Source of the DNA: an uncultured Polyangiales bacterium
GTDB taxonomy: Bacteria > Myxococcota_A > Polyangia > Polyangiales > JADJMO01
Reading direction: 5' to 3'
DNA length: 64,000 nt
Assembly (NCBI GenBank): GCA_964624885.1
Contig: CAZUZY010000005.1
Location: 1,305-65,304 of the forward strand
The position numbers and the translations under genes are program-made. Below, in pieces: positions 10,423 through 19,797 of this stretch (position 1 is the stretch's first letter; the number at the start of each line of letters is the position of its first letter). Under the pieces are notes generated by a model. It was not told where the DNA came from. It did no database searches and saw only the letters and a program-made list of their open reading frames with translations.

Positions 10423-11510
10423 TCCGCCGCGCGCTGATGCTGAGCGCCGTGGTGATCGGCGCCGCGAGCTGCACCGGTCCCGCCGCACAGATGGGCCGCC
10501 TCACCGGCCTCGACCAGACCATCGAGCAGGCCAAGGCCAACGGTGCCCTCCGCTGCGCGCCGCGCGAGCTCGCCCTCGCCGAGTCGCACGCCAAGTTCGC
10601 CCGCATCGAGCTCGATCAGGGCTCGGTCTCGCGCGCCGACGAGCACCTCGCCATCGCCATCCCCAACGCGCACGCCGCGCTCGAGAACTCGCCGGCCGAG
10701 AAGTGCAGCGACCGCAAGATCGAGGTGGCCAAGCCCAAGCCGAAGCCGGGCGACCGCGACGGCGACGGCATCAACGACAAAGAAGACAAGTGCCCGGACG
10801 TCCCCGAGAACTTCAACGGGTTCCAGGACGAGGACGGCTGCCCCGACGATCCCGATACCGACGGCGACGGCATCCCGGACAGCAAGGACGCCTGCCCGAA
10901 CCTGCCCGAGGACAAGGACGGCTACCTCGACGACGACGGCTGCCCCGACCCGGACAACGACGGCGACGGCATCCCCGACAAGCTCGACAAGTGCCCCGAT
11001 CAGCCCGAGGACCCGGACGGCTTCGAGGACAACGACGGCTGCCCCGAGCCCGACAACGACAAGGACGGCGTGCTCGACCTCGACGACGCCTGCCCGATCG
11101 ACCCGGGCCCGGCCGACAACAAGGGCTGCCCGAAGAAGCCCGCCCTCGTGGTCGTGACCTCCTCGCAGATCAAGATCACCCAGCAGATCCACTTCGAGTT
11201 CAACAAGTCGGTCATCAAGGCCGACAGCTTCCCGATCCTCAACGCCGTGGCCCAGGTCCTCAAGGACAACCCGGACATCACGCTCGAGATCGGCGGCCAC
11301 ACCGACAACGTCGGCAAGCCCGAGTACAACAAGAAGCTGTCCCAGGACCGCTCTGACTCGGTGCGCAAGTACCTCATCGACAAGGGCATCTCGGGCTCGC
11401 GCCTCACGGCCAAGGGCTACGGCATGGATGTCCCGATCGACACCAACTCGAACGAGGCCGGCCGCGCCAAGAACCGCCGCGTCGAGTTCGTCCGCACGGA
11501 TGCCAAGTAG
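10419..11510 (+). CDS. OmpA-family lipoprotein with DUF4398-like N-terminus and thrombospondin type 3 Ca-binding repeats
   Basis: Lipobox GAASC, repeated DxDGDGIPDxxDxCP, IHFEFNKS, GHTDN, LSQDR, NRRVEF. Confidence 0.93.
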   Translation: MIRRALMLSAVVIGAASCTGPAAQMGRLTGLDQTIEQAKANGALRCAPRELALAESHAKFARIELDQGSVSRADEHLAIAIPNAHAALENSPAEKCSDRKIEVAKPKPKPGDRDGDGINDKEDKCPDVPENFNGFQDEDGCPDDPDTDGDGIPDSKDACPNLPEDKDGYLDDDGCPDPDNDGDGIPDKLDKCPDQPEDPDGFEDNDGCPEPDNDKDGVLDLDDACPIDPGPADNKGCPKKPALVVVTSSQIKITQQIHFEFNKSVIKADSFPILNAVAQVLKDNPDITLEIGGHTDNVGKPEYNKKLSQDRSDSVRKYLIDKGISGSRLTAKGYGMDVPIDTNSNEAGRAKNRRVEFVRTDAK

Positions 11511-11527
11511 CAGCGCGGCCCCTGAGT

Positions 11528-11691
11528 AGCGCAGGGGTCGGAGCGCAGGGGTCGGAGCGCAGGGGTCGGAGCTGGGCGTCGGAGCAGGGCGACAGATCAC
11601 CGGCGAGGGGTGGGGTGTATCCACCCCATGCCGCGCCCCAGCATCCAGGCCCCAGCATCCAGGCCCCAGCATCCAGGCCCCAGCATCCAGG
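11528..11691. repeat. Composite intergenic repeat: (AGCGCAGGGGTCGG)x3 + hairpin core + (CCCCAGCATCCAGG)x4
   Basis: Exact 14-mers at 11528/11542/11556 and 11636/11650/11664/11678. Stem GGGGTGG-ggtgtat-CCACCCC at 11607-11627. Confidence 0.92.
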
Positions 11692-11847
11692 CCTTGGGTG
11701 ACCGACTCGGCCAAGCCCGGCCCACCGAGAAGGTTCCCAGTCCTTCGTGTGTGTAGTACATACGGGCGCCCCGGGCGTCCGTCGCGGACTTCCGTAAGCA
11801 CTTCCGCCCTGAACTTCTTTGTTCGCCTCTCCTGAGGAGCCACTCCG

Positions 11848-13650
11848 ATGCGTCGTCGCCACTTCCGCACCGTCGTCCTGCTCGTCAGCGCCCTCGGCAT
11901 CGGCACCTTCGCCAGCATGGCCTCGGGCGCGAACCCGGCCGTGGAGAAGGAGGCCAAGAAGCTCCAGGGCGACGCGATGGACGTCGACTTCCTGTCGCTC
12001 GACTACAAGGCGGCCAAGAAGAAGCTCGACGACGCCATCAAGAAGTGCGGCGCCGACAACTGCGGCAGCGCCGTCGTGGCCGGTCTGCACCGCGACCTCG
12101 GCGTCGTCCTGATCAACGACAAGAAGGTCAAGGACGGGCAGAAGGAGTTCGACGCGGCGTTCGCGGCCGATGCGACCATCAGCATCAGCAACGACTACCT
12201 CGCCAACAAGGACGTCAAGTCGGCCTGGGAAGCCTCGAAGAAGAACGCCGGCTCCGCGCCGCCGCCCGTCACCACCACCGCCCCGAGCGGCACGGGCACC
12301 GGCAAGCCGCCGACCACCGCGCCCGACGCCGAGGGCAACCTCACCGTGAAGGTGAAGCTCGCGCCCACGGGCTACCCGCTCCCCGTGCTCGTCGATCTGC
12401 CCGAGGGCCTCGACGTCGACAACGTCAAGCTGTCCTACAAGACGGCCGCGATGGAGAAGTACAAGACCGTCGAGGTCAAGAAGGACTCCGGCAAGTACGT
12501 CGCCACGATCCCCTGCGAGGACACCCAGTTCGTCGGCGACATCAAGTTCTACGTGCGCGCGTACGACAGCGACAAGAACGAGATCGAGCACTTCGGCACC
12601 CTCAAGAAGCCGGGCATCCTCAAGCTCGTCGAGAAGCTCCCCGACGACGTCGAGGCCCCCGCGTACCCGGGCGGCAAGGAGCCCCAGAAGTGCGTCGACA
12701 AGGGCAACTGCCAGCCGGGCTTCCCGTGCGACGCGGACGCCAACAAGAAGCCGCAGGGCTCGGGCTGCGACACCGACGACGAGTGCCAGTCGGGCCTCGC
12801 GTGCGTCGACAACGAGAACGGCAAGAAGTGGTGCTACGAGAAGGCGGGCGAGGGCGGCAAGAAGGCGGGCGCCACGGGCACCAAGCTCTGGATCAGCGCC
12901 GACTTCCAGCTCGACACGCTCGTGCTCCTCGGCGACAAGAACGTCTGTCGCTCCAACGCCTGGGCCTGCACCACCGGCAGCACCGACGTCGGCGTCGCCT
13001 CCGACAAGGGCATCCAGACCTGGCCCGGCGCGGCCGACGGCTCGGTCGCGCCGCGCGGCGGCAACACCGGCACCGGCTTCGGCCTCGGCACCATGCGCGT
13101 GCTGCTCGGCCTCGACTACTTCGTCACCCCGAGCATCACGCTCGGTGGTCGCCTCGGGTACGGCTTCAACGGCAACCCGACCTCGACCGCCAAGTTCATG
13201 CCGTTCCACGCCGAGGTCCGCGCGCAGTACTTCTTGAGCCCCGACAAGGGCTCGGGCGCGCGCCCCTACCTCATGGTCGGCGCCGGTCTCGGTCAGTTCG
13301 ACGCGGCCGTCAGCAACGTGGTGGTCGAGGCCGACGAGACGAGCTTCGATCGGCTGGGGGACGACGTCCTCCCCGACGGCACGCCGCGGTCCGCAGCGGA
13401 TCACGTCGCCGCCTGCCAGGCCGAGCGTAAGCAGGTCCTCATCGACGGCAGCGGCCCGGCGCCCTCCTGCCAGATCAAGGGCGTGAAGGCCTACCGCCTC
13501 GCGGGACAGGGCTTCCTGGCTCCCGGTGGCGGCGTCTGGATCCACCTGTCGCCCAAGTTCATCCTCAACATCGGCGGCAAGTTCCTCCTGCCGCTGCCGA
13601 CCTTCTCGCCCGGCTTCTCCCTCGAGGTCGGCTTCAAGTTCGGCGTCTGA
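11848..13650 (+). CDS. Secreted multidomain protein: helical N-terminus, Ig-like domain, Cys-rich module, predicted C-terminal outer-membrane beta-barrel (paralogue 1)
   Basis: Signal peptide, GSGCDTDDECQSGLAC, alternating strands (LGGRLGYGF, FHAEVRAQYF), ends LEVGFKFGV. Confidence 0.7.
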   Translation: MRRRHFRTVVLLVSALGIGTFASMASGANPAVEKEAKKLQGDAMDVDFLSLDYKAAKKKLDDAIKKCGADNCGSAVVAGLHRDLGVVLINDKKVKDGQKEFDAAFAADATISISNDYLANKDVKSAWEASKKNAGSAPPPVTTTAPSGTGTGKPPTTAPDAEGNLTVKVKLAPTGYPLPVLVDLPEGLDVDNVKLSYKTAAMEKYKTVEVKKDSGKYVATIPCEDTQFVGDIKFYVRAYDSDKNEIEHFGTLKKPGILKLVEKLPDDVEAPAYPGGKEPQKCVDKGNCQPGFPCDADANKKPQGSGCDTDDECQSGLACVDNENGKKWCYEKAGEGGKKAGATGTKLWISADFQLDTLVLLGDKNVCRSNAWACTTGSTDVGVASDKGIQTWPGAADGSVAPRGGNTGTGFGLGTMRVLLGLDYFVTPSITLGGRLGYGFNGNPTSTAKFMPFHAEVRAQYFLSPDKGSGARPYLMVGAGLGQFDAAVSNVVVEADETSFDRLGDDVLPDGTPRSAADHVAACQAERKQVLIDGSGPAPSCQIKGVKAYRLAGQGFLAPGGGVWIHLSPKFILNIGGKFLLPLPTFSPGFSLEVGFKFGV

Positions 13651-13671
13651 GCGCGCGTTCCTGCGCGGACG

Positions 13672-13710
13672 ACGGCCGCTTCCACCTCGGTGGGGCGGCC
13701 GTTTCTCTTT
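13672..13710 (+). terminator. Intrinsic terminator between the two barrel paralogues
   Basis: ACGGCCGCTTCCAC-CTCG-GTGGGGCGGCCGT stem (one bulge) followed by TTCTCTTT. Confidence 0.75.
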
Positions 13711-13800
13711 GCTGCGTCGCGTCGGTGTGACACCCGCGCGCACCCGCTCGCCGCGAAAAAGAAGCTTCTTGCAGGCAGAGGTGAGTACAATCGACGCCCC

Positions 13801-15480
13801 GTGCGCTCCTCCTCTGTTTTCGCTCTCGGCTTGCTCTTCGCTTCGTTCGCGCTCGCGCCTGCGCTCCACGCCAACGACACCAAGGTCGAGGGTGAAGCCA
13901 AGAAGCTGCAGAGCGAGGCGATGGACGTCGACTTCCTCGGCCTCGAGCTGAAGAAGGCCAAGACCAAGCTGCAGTCCGCGATCAAGAAGTGCGGCAAGGA
14001 CAAGTGCAGCAAGCCCCTGCTCGCTTCGCTCCACCGTGACCTCGGCATCGTCGCGATCAACAACGGGGACAGCACCGAGGGCGAGGGCGAGTTCGCCGAG
14101 GCCTTTGCCGCCGACCCGGCGGTGGAGATCGCCAAGGACTACCTCGCGAACGGCGACGTGAAGAAGGCCTGGGAGGCCGCCAAGAAGAAGAAGGGCGGCA
14201 CGGGTGGCACCACCACCACCACCAACGGCGGCGGCACCGAGGACCCGACCCCGGCCGGCGACGCCGACGGCGCGCTCACCGTCAAGACCAAGGTCGCCCC
14301 CGCCGGTTCCGAGCTCCCGCTGTGGATCGAGATCCCGAAGGGGCTCGACGGCGTCGTCTCGGTCAAGGTGCAGTTCAAGGGCGAGGGGATGGAGAAGTAC
14401 AAGCCCATCGACGCCAAGAAGACCGGCGGCAAGTGGCTCGCGATCATCCCGTGCGACGGCACCCTCAAGGCGGGCTCGCTGAAGTTCTTCGTGAAGGCCT
14501 ACGACGAGGCGAGCGCCGAGGTCGAGCACTACGGCACCATCAAGAAGCCGGCGACCATCAAGCTCGTCACCACCATGCCCGACGACCAGGAGCAGCCCGT
14601 GCTGCCCGGCGACAAGGAGCCCGCGCTGTGCGGGGCCGACGGCAGCGCCGGCAAGCCCGAGGGCTCGGGGTGCCACGACGACGACGAGTGCGAGAAGGGC
14701 CTCGTCTGCATGGAGAACGCCGAGACCGGCAAGAAGTGGTGCAAGCCCGGCGACCGACCGGACAAGGCCACGCCGACCGGCACGAGCCCCAAGGTGTGGC
14801 TCGGGGTGGAGGGCCAGCTCGATCTCGTGTTCCTCGGCGCCGAGCGGAACATCTGCAAGCAGACCACCTGGACCTGCTCGTGGGACGGCCCCGACGGCCG
14901 CAAGGACATCGGCAACGCGCCGGGCATCACCCTCGCCTCGAGCGACAAGGCCGGCGGCCGCACCGACGGCGGGTCGGCGCTCGCCACCAAGCGCGTGTTC
15001 GTCTCGCTGGACTACTTCGTGGTGCCGCGCTTCTCGCTCGGTCTGCGCCTCGGCTATGCGTTCGGCGGCAACCCCACCGACCAGGCCAAGTTCCTCCCGT
15101 TCCACGGCGAGGTGCGCATGCAGTACTTCATCACCGAGTCCACGCTGCGCCCCTACTTCATCCTCGGCGGCGGCATCGCGCAGTTCGACGCGCCGGTGCC
15201 GAACGCGGTGGTCACGCCCTCCGACAAGACGGTCCCCGGCGTCACCTGCCTCGACAACAGCACGCCATCGGCCGACAAGTGCGCGGACGGGACCGATCCG
15301 GTGCTCAAGAACGTCACGGCCTACAAGCTCGCGGGCATCGGCTTCCTCGACGCGGGCATCGGCACCTGGATCATGGTCGGCAACAAGTTCGCCGTGAACC
15401 TCGCCATGAAGATGGTGTTCCCGCTGCCCACGTTCAACTTCACCCTCGCCCCCGAGCTCGGTCTGCGCTTCGGGCTGTAG
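13801..15480 (+). CDS. Secreted multidomain outer-membrane barrel protein (paralogue 2)
   Basis: GTG start MRSSSVFALGLLFASF. Shares EAKKLQ.[DE]AMDVDFL, LHRDLG, GSGC.DD.EC..GL.C, GKKWC and F.PFH.EVR.QYF with 11848..13650. Ends LGLRFGL. Confidence 0.72.
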   Translation: MRSSSVFALGLLFASFALAPALHANDTKVEGEAKKLQSEAMDVDFLGLELKKAKTKLQSAIKKCGKDKCSKPLLASLHRDLGIVAINNGDSTEGEGEFAEAFAADPAVEIAKDYLANGDVKKAWEAAKKKKGGTGGTTTTTNGGGTEDPTPAGDADGALTVKTKVAPAGSELPLWIEIPKGLDGVVSVKVQFKGEGMEKYKPIDAKKTGGKWLAIIPCDGTLKAGSLKFFVKAYDEASAEVEHYGTIKKPATIKLVTTMPDDQEQPVLPGDKEPALCGADGSAGKPEGSGCHDDDECEKGLVCMENAETGKKWCKPGDRPDKATPTGTSPKVWLGVEGQLDLVFLGAERNICKQTTWTCSWDGPDGRKDIGNAPGITLASSDKAGGRTDGGSALATKRVFVSLDYFVVPRFSLGLRLGYAFGGNPTDQAKFLPFHGEVRMQYFITESTLRPYFILGGGIAQFDAPVPNAVVTPSDKTVPGVTCLDNSTPSADKCADGTDPVLKNVTAYKLAGIGFLDAGIGTWIMVGNKFAVNLAMKMVFPLPTFNFTLAPELGLRFGL

Positions 15481-15527
15481 CCTTGGCAGGCATACGAGTG
15501 GTGGCTCGAGCGTTCTTCGCGCAGCCC

Positions 15528-16106
15528 ATGCTCCGTCGTGCCCTCTTTGCCCTCGTGCTGGTGCCGCTCTCTGCGTCGATCCCGCGCGCGTCCGCGGGCG
15601 TGCCTGGACCGGCGCCGACCAGCACCGCAGCCAGCCCGAACGCCAAGGAGCAGGCCCGGGAGCTCTTCGTGGCGGGCGTCCAGCTCTACGAGGCGGGCGA
15701 CTACGCGGCGGCCCTCACCAAGTTCAGCGAGGCGTGGGTGCTGGTCCCGGTGTCGCCGGTCCGCCTCAACATCGCGCGTTGTCAGGAGAAGCTCGGGCGC
15801 ACCGCGACCGCCTGGGCCGAGTACAAGGCCACCGCGGCCGACGCGCAGACCGAGGGCAAGGCCAAGGTCGAGACCCAGGCCACCGAGGCCGCGACCAAGC
15901 TCGAGCCCAAGGTGCCCTACCTGACCGTCACGGTCACGCCTTCGGACGCCGTGGTGGAGATCGACGGCGCGGCCGTGGCGAGCAACGTCGCGGTGCCGGT
16001 CGACCCGGGCACGCGGGTGGTCACGGTGCGCAAGGGCCCGAAGTCGAAGAAGGTCTCCGTCGTGATCGCCGACAGCGACAAGAAGAAGCTGGCCGTCGCC
16101 CTCTAG
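15528..16106 (+). CDS. Short secreted TPR + PEGA-like protein
   Basis: Signal peptide, ARELFVAG..AALTKFSEA..RLNIARCQEKLG, similar to 6551..7585 but lacks its C-terminal hydrophobic part. Confidence 0.7.
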   Translation: MLRRALFALVLVPLSASIPRASAGVPGPAPTSTAASPNAKEQARELFVAGVQLYEAGDYAAALTKFSEAWVLVPVSPVRLNIARCQEKLGRTATAWAEYKATAADAQTEGKAKVETQATEAATKLEPKVPYLTVTVTPSDAVVEIDGAAVASNVAVPVDPGTRVVTVRKGPKSKKVSVVIADSDKKKLAVAL

Positions 16107-16151
16107 CGCGCCCCTTGCGGAGGCCTCTCCCGGCTCCTAACGTGCCGCGCC

Positions 16152-17174
16152 ATGAATCGCCGCATCGTCCTCGCTGCCCTCGCTCCGCTCGCTGCTCTGG
16201 TCTTCCCCGCCGCGTGCGGCGGCGACAAGCAGCCCGAGCCCAAGACGGCCGCCGCTGCCTCCACGCCGGCGTCCACCTCCGCCGAGCCCCCCGCGTCGGC
16301 CACCCCGTCCGTGTCCGCCACGCCGTCGGTCTCGGCCGAGCCGGCCAAGCCGCCGCCGCCCACGCCCGCCGTGAAGTACGCCGGCTTCTCCACCCCGGAG
16401 AGCGTGCTCTACGACGCCGCGCGCGACCGCTACCTCGTCAGCAACGTCAACGGCAAGCCCGTCGACGCCGACAACAACGGCTTCATCAGCGACCTCTCGC
16501 CCGACGGCAAGGTCACCAACCTCAAGTTCATCGAGGCCGGCAAGAACAAGGTCACGCTGAACGCGCCCAAGGGCATGGCCCTGGTCAAGGACGTGCTCTA
16601 CGTCGCCGATCTCGACACGGTGCGCATGTTCGACGTGAAGACCGGCGCGCCCAAGGGAGAGATCAAGCTCCCCGGTGCCACGTTCGCCAACGACGTCGCG
16701 GCCTCGGAGGACGGCAAGGTCTACGTGTCCGACAGCGGCCTCAAGATGGTCGACGGCAAGTTCGAGGGCACCGGCACCGACGCGGTGTGGGTCATCGAGA
16801 AGGGCAAGGCCAAGGTGTTCGCCAAGTCGACCGAGCTGAGCCGCCCCAACGGCTTGCTCGTCGACGGCAAGACCGTGCTCGTCGCGCCGTTCGGCGCCGC
16901 CGAGATCTACCGCGTCGACGACAAGGGCAAGAAGTCCGACGCCACCAAGCTCCCCAAGGGTGGGCTCGACGGCATCGTGAAGATCGGCGGCGACGTGCTC
17001 CTGGTCACGAGCTGGGAGTCGGCCACGGTGTACAAGGGCAAGGTCGGCGGCACCTTCGAGCCGATCCTCGAGCAGCTCGCCGCGCCGGCCGACATCGGCT
17101 GGGACAGCAAGCGCTCGCGCGTGCTCGTGCCTCGCTTCATGGGCGACGTGGTCGAGGTCTACGACGTCAAGTGA
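16152..17174 (+). CDS. SMP-30/gluconolactonase-like beta-propeller lipoprotein
   Basis: Lipobox PAAC, GFSTPESV, LNAPKGM, FANDV, RPNGL, GLDGI, PADIG. Confidence 0.8.
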   Translation: MNRRIVLAALAPLAALVFPAACGGDKQPEPKTAAAASTPASTSAEPPASATPSVSATPSVSAEPAKPPPPTPAVKYAGFSTPESVLYDAARDRYLVSNVNGKPVDADNNGFISDLSPDGKVTNLKFIEAGKNKVTLNAPKGMALVKDVLYVADLDTVRMFDVKTGAPKGEIKLPGATFANDVAASEDGKVYVSDSGLKMVDGKFEGTGTDAVWVIEKGKAKVFAKSTELSRPNGLLVDGKTVLVAPFGAAEIYRVDDKGKKSDATKLPKGGLDGIVKIGGDVLLVTSWESATVYKGKVGGTFEPILEQLAAPADIGWDSKRSRVLVPRFMGDVVEVYDVK

Positions 17175-17270
17175 GCGCGCCGCCACGTCGCGGTGCCTCT
17201 AGAAACGGCGGGACGGGTCCCGGACTTCGGTCTAGGATCCGTCTTGCTGTCTTCTTCCCGTGGAGTGCCC

Positions 17271-18662
17271 ATGCGTCGTCACCTTGCCTTGGTCGTCTCG
17301 CTCGCCACCCTGTATGGCTGCAGCAGCCCCGAACGGGTCCCGGAGGCCCCGGACACCACAGGCGATGCGCCGACCGAGACCCTGCCCGACACCAGCACGG
17401 CCGACGTCGACGCGACCCCCGACACGCCCGCCGACACCAAGCCCTGCGAGGGTGGTCTCGAGTGCCTGCGGCCCACGTGCAGCGCGGGCGCGACCACCTC
17501 GCTCAGCGGCACCGTGTACATGCCGAACGGCAAGGTGCCGCTCTACAACGCGATGGTGTTCATCCCGAACGCGCCGCTCCCGGCCATGCCCGTCGGCGCC
17601 ACGTGCGACCGCTGCGGCGCCCCGCCGGGGGGCAGCCCGCTGGCCATCGACCTCACCAAGACCGACGGCAAGTTCACCCTGAACAACGTGCCGGCCGGCG
17701 CCAAGATCCCGCTCGTCGTGCAGATCGGCAAGTGGCGTCGCCAGACGGAGGTGGAGATCAAGCCCTGCGTGGCCAACGTGCTCACCGACCCGGAGCTCAC
17801 CCGCCTGCCGCGCAACCGCAAGGAGGGCAACCTGCCCAAGATCGCGGTGACCACCGGTGGCTGCGACAAGCTCGCCTGCATCCTCCCCAAGATCGGCATC
17901 GACGCCACCGAGTACGGCGTCGACGGCGCCGACGCGGCCGTGCACTTCTACGCCGGCAGCGGCGGCACCGGCGGCCCCGCCGGCATGAAGCCGGCCAAGA
18001 CCCTCTGGGACAGCACGCCGAAGCTCATGGACTACGACCTCGCGCTGTTCAGCTGCGAGTGCAGCGAGGCGCCGGACTCCAAGAGCGCCACGTCGTATGC
18101 CGCCGTCACCGCCTACCTCGGCGCGGGGGGCCGCATCTTCACGACCGACTTCCAGTACAATTGGTACAAACAAAGCCCGGACTCCAAGATGCAGGCCATG
18201 GCCACCATCCCTGGTGGCGCGCCCACGGCCGAGAACCCGGTCACGCTGGAGCTCGGCTTCGCCAAGGGCAAGGCGCTCGCGGCGTGGATGATCGCGGTGG
18301 ACAAGAGCTACCCCTATGGCAAGGTCTCTTGCGACTACGTGTTCGGCAACTTCAGCGACGTGCCCGACAAGTCGGTCGCCCAGGTCTATGCGACGTCGGG
18401 CTCCACCCCACCCTCCGGGCTCTCGTATCCCCGCTTCATCAGCGTGAACGCCCCGGCCGGTCGGCCGGTCGGCTCGCAGTGCGGCAAGGCGGTCCACCTC
18501 GACGCGCACATCAACCAGAAAGACGTCCTGGACACGACCTTCCCCAAGGGGTGCACCTCGCCGCTCACGGCGGGCGAGCAGGCGTTCGCGTTCTTCTTGT
18601 TCGACGTCGGCGCCTGCCTCCAGGACGACACCAAGGAGCCCGTCGTCCCTCCGCTCAAGTGA
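17271..18662 (+). CDS. Lipoprotein with carboxypeptidase-regulatory-like (beta-sandwich) domain, myxobacterial type
   Basis: Lipobox LYGC, LSGTVYMPNG..LYNAMVFIP, GKFTLNNVPAG..IPLVVQIGKWRRQ. Confidence 0.7.
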   Translation: MRRHLALVVSLATLYGCSSPERVPEAPDTTGDAPTETLPDTSTADVDATPDTPADTKPCEGGLECLRPTCSAGATTSLSGTVYMPNGKVPLYNAMVFIPNAPLPAMPVGATCDRCGAPPGGSPLAIDLTKTDGKFTLNNVPAGAKIPLVVQIGKWRRQTEVEIKPCVANVLTDPELTRLPRNRKEGNLPKIAVTTGGCDKLACILPKIGIDATEYGVDGADAAVHFYAGSGGTGGPAGMKPAKTLWDSTPKLMDYDLALFSCECSEAPDSKSATSYAAVTAYLGAGGRIFTTDFQYNWYKQSPDSKMQAMATIPGGAPTAENPVTLELGFAKGKALAAWMIAVDKSYPYGKVSCDYVFGNFSDVPDKSVAQVYATSGSTPPSGLSYPRFISVNAPAGRPVGSQCGKAVHLDAHINQKDVLDTTFPKGCTSPLTAGEQAFAFFLFDVGACLQDDTKEPVVPPLK

Positions 18663-19267
18663 CGCGGGTCCACCTCGTCCGTCACGGGGAGGTCGAGAAC
18701 CCGAGGGGGGTGGTCTACGGCTGCCTCCCTGGGTTCCCGCTCTCGGCGCGCGGTCGCGCCCAGGCCCTCTCGGCGGCGGCCCACCTCGCTCGAGGCGTGC
18801 CGGCCGCGGTGCATCTCGTCGCCAGCCCGCTCGCGCGCGCCCAGGAGACCGCGGCGCTCATCGCCGGCGTCCTGCCCGGGCATCCAGCCATCGTGACCGA
18901 TCCGCGGCTCGTCGAGGCGGGGTCACCGTTCGAGGGGCTGCCCCGCGGGTTCGTCGCCTCCGCGTATCTGCGCCGCTTGCTCTCACGCTCGAGCTGGCGG
19001 GCCGCCGAGTCACCGCAGCGGGTCCGCGATCGCATGACCGCTGCCATCACCGACGCCCTCCGGGACAGCGGTGGCGCCGAGGTCATCGTCGTGTCCCACC
19101 AGTTCCCGCTGATGATGGCGATCGTGGGGATCGAGGCGCACTTCGGGCGATCCCGCTGGTCGCGGCACTTGCCCTGGGCTCGAGCCCGCCGTCCGTGTGC
19201 GCTCGCCTCCGTCACCACCGCAGAGCTCTCGCACCACCCGGTGTTCGCGTACTGGGCGCCGCCCTGA
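18659..19267 (+). CDS. Histidine phosphatase family protein
   Basis: GTGA overlap with the upstream stop, LVRHGE, SPLARAQETA, VVSHQ. Confidence 0.85.
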   Translation: MTRVHLVRHGEVENPRGVVYGCLPGFPLSARGRAQALSAAAHLARGVPAAVHLVASPLARAQETAALIAGVLPGHPAIVTDPRLVEAGSPFEGLPRGFVASAYLRRLLSRSSWRAAESPQRVRDRMTAAITDALRDSGGAEVIVVSHQFPLMMAIVGIEAHFGRSRWSRHLPWARARRPCALASVTTAELSHHPVFAYWAPP

Positions 19268-19299
19268 AAGTTTTGCCGGATCCGGCCGTTCTGTTCGGC

Positions 19300-19749
19300 A
19301 TGGCCTACCAATCGCTCCGCGTGGGGCGACTCCACGTGGTCCGCTGGCAGACGCCCGAGCTCCCCGACGTGGACCGGGTCGCCTACGAGGTCGGCCTGGC
19401 GTTCCACGAGGTCAAGCAGCCGCTGATCTGCGTCGCCGTCGTCTCCGCCGACGCCGATCCGCCGAGCGAAGAGGTGCGCGCGGCCATGTCCAAGGGCATG
19501 CCACGCATCCTCGCGGCCACCGAGCACCTCCACTTCGTGGTCGAGGGCCAGGGCTTCCGGCACAGCGTGATGCGCAGCGTGCTCGCCGGGTTCATCCTCT
19601 TCGGGAAGGAGCGAGGTCGCTTCTCGGTGCACGAAGACCTGCAGGGCCTCCTCGGGCGTCTCGCGTGGTCGCTCGATCGCCGACCGGCGGAGCTCGCCGC
19701 CGAGTTGCGCGCGGCCGGGATCCTGCTGGACCTCGCGAAGACCGGTTGA
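19300..19749 (+). CDS. Hypothetical protein (possibly STAS/SpoIIAA-like)
   Basis: ATG after hydrolase stop, host-like codon usage. The fold guess from an alpha/beta pattern is weak. Confidence 0.55.
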   Translation: MAYQSLRVGRLHVVRWQTPELPDVDRVAYEVGLAFHEVKQPLICVAVVSADADPPSEEVRAAMSKGMPRILAATEHLHFVVEGQGFRHSVMRSVLAGFILFGKERGRFSVHEDLQGLLGRLAWSLDRRPAELAAELRAAGILLDLAKTG

Positions 19750-19797
19750 GCGCGCGCGAGCTTGCCCCGCGAGGGTGGTCTATGGTGGCCGCCGCCG

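Noticed and set aside
10740-11130. Repetitive GACGGCGACGGC-rich DNA
   Set aside because: Explained by thrombospondin type 3 repeats in the OmpA protein.
11404-15105. Very long antisense or alternate-frame ORFs (e.g. 11404..15105 -, 29872..33465 +, 35474..38359 +, 15734..19267 +, 48812..52648 - 5' part)
   Set aside because: Shadow ORFs typical of high-GC DNA. They overlap motif-supported genes, are Arg/Gly/Ala/Pro-rich and carry no motifs of their own, except where their 3' ends contain the real genes I re-started.
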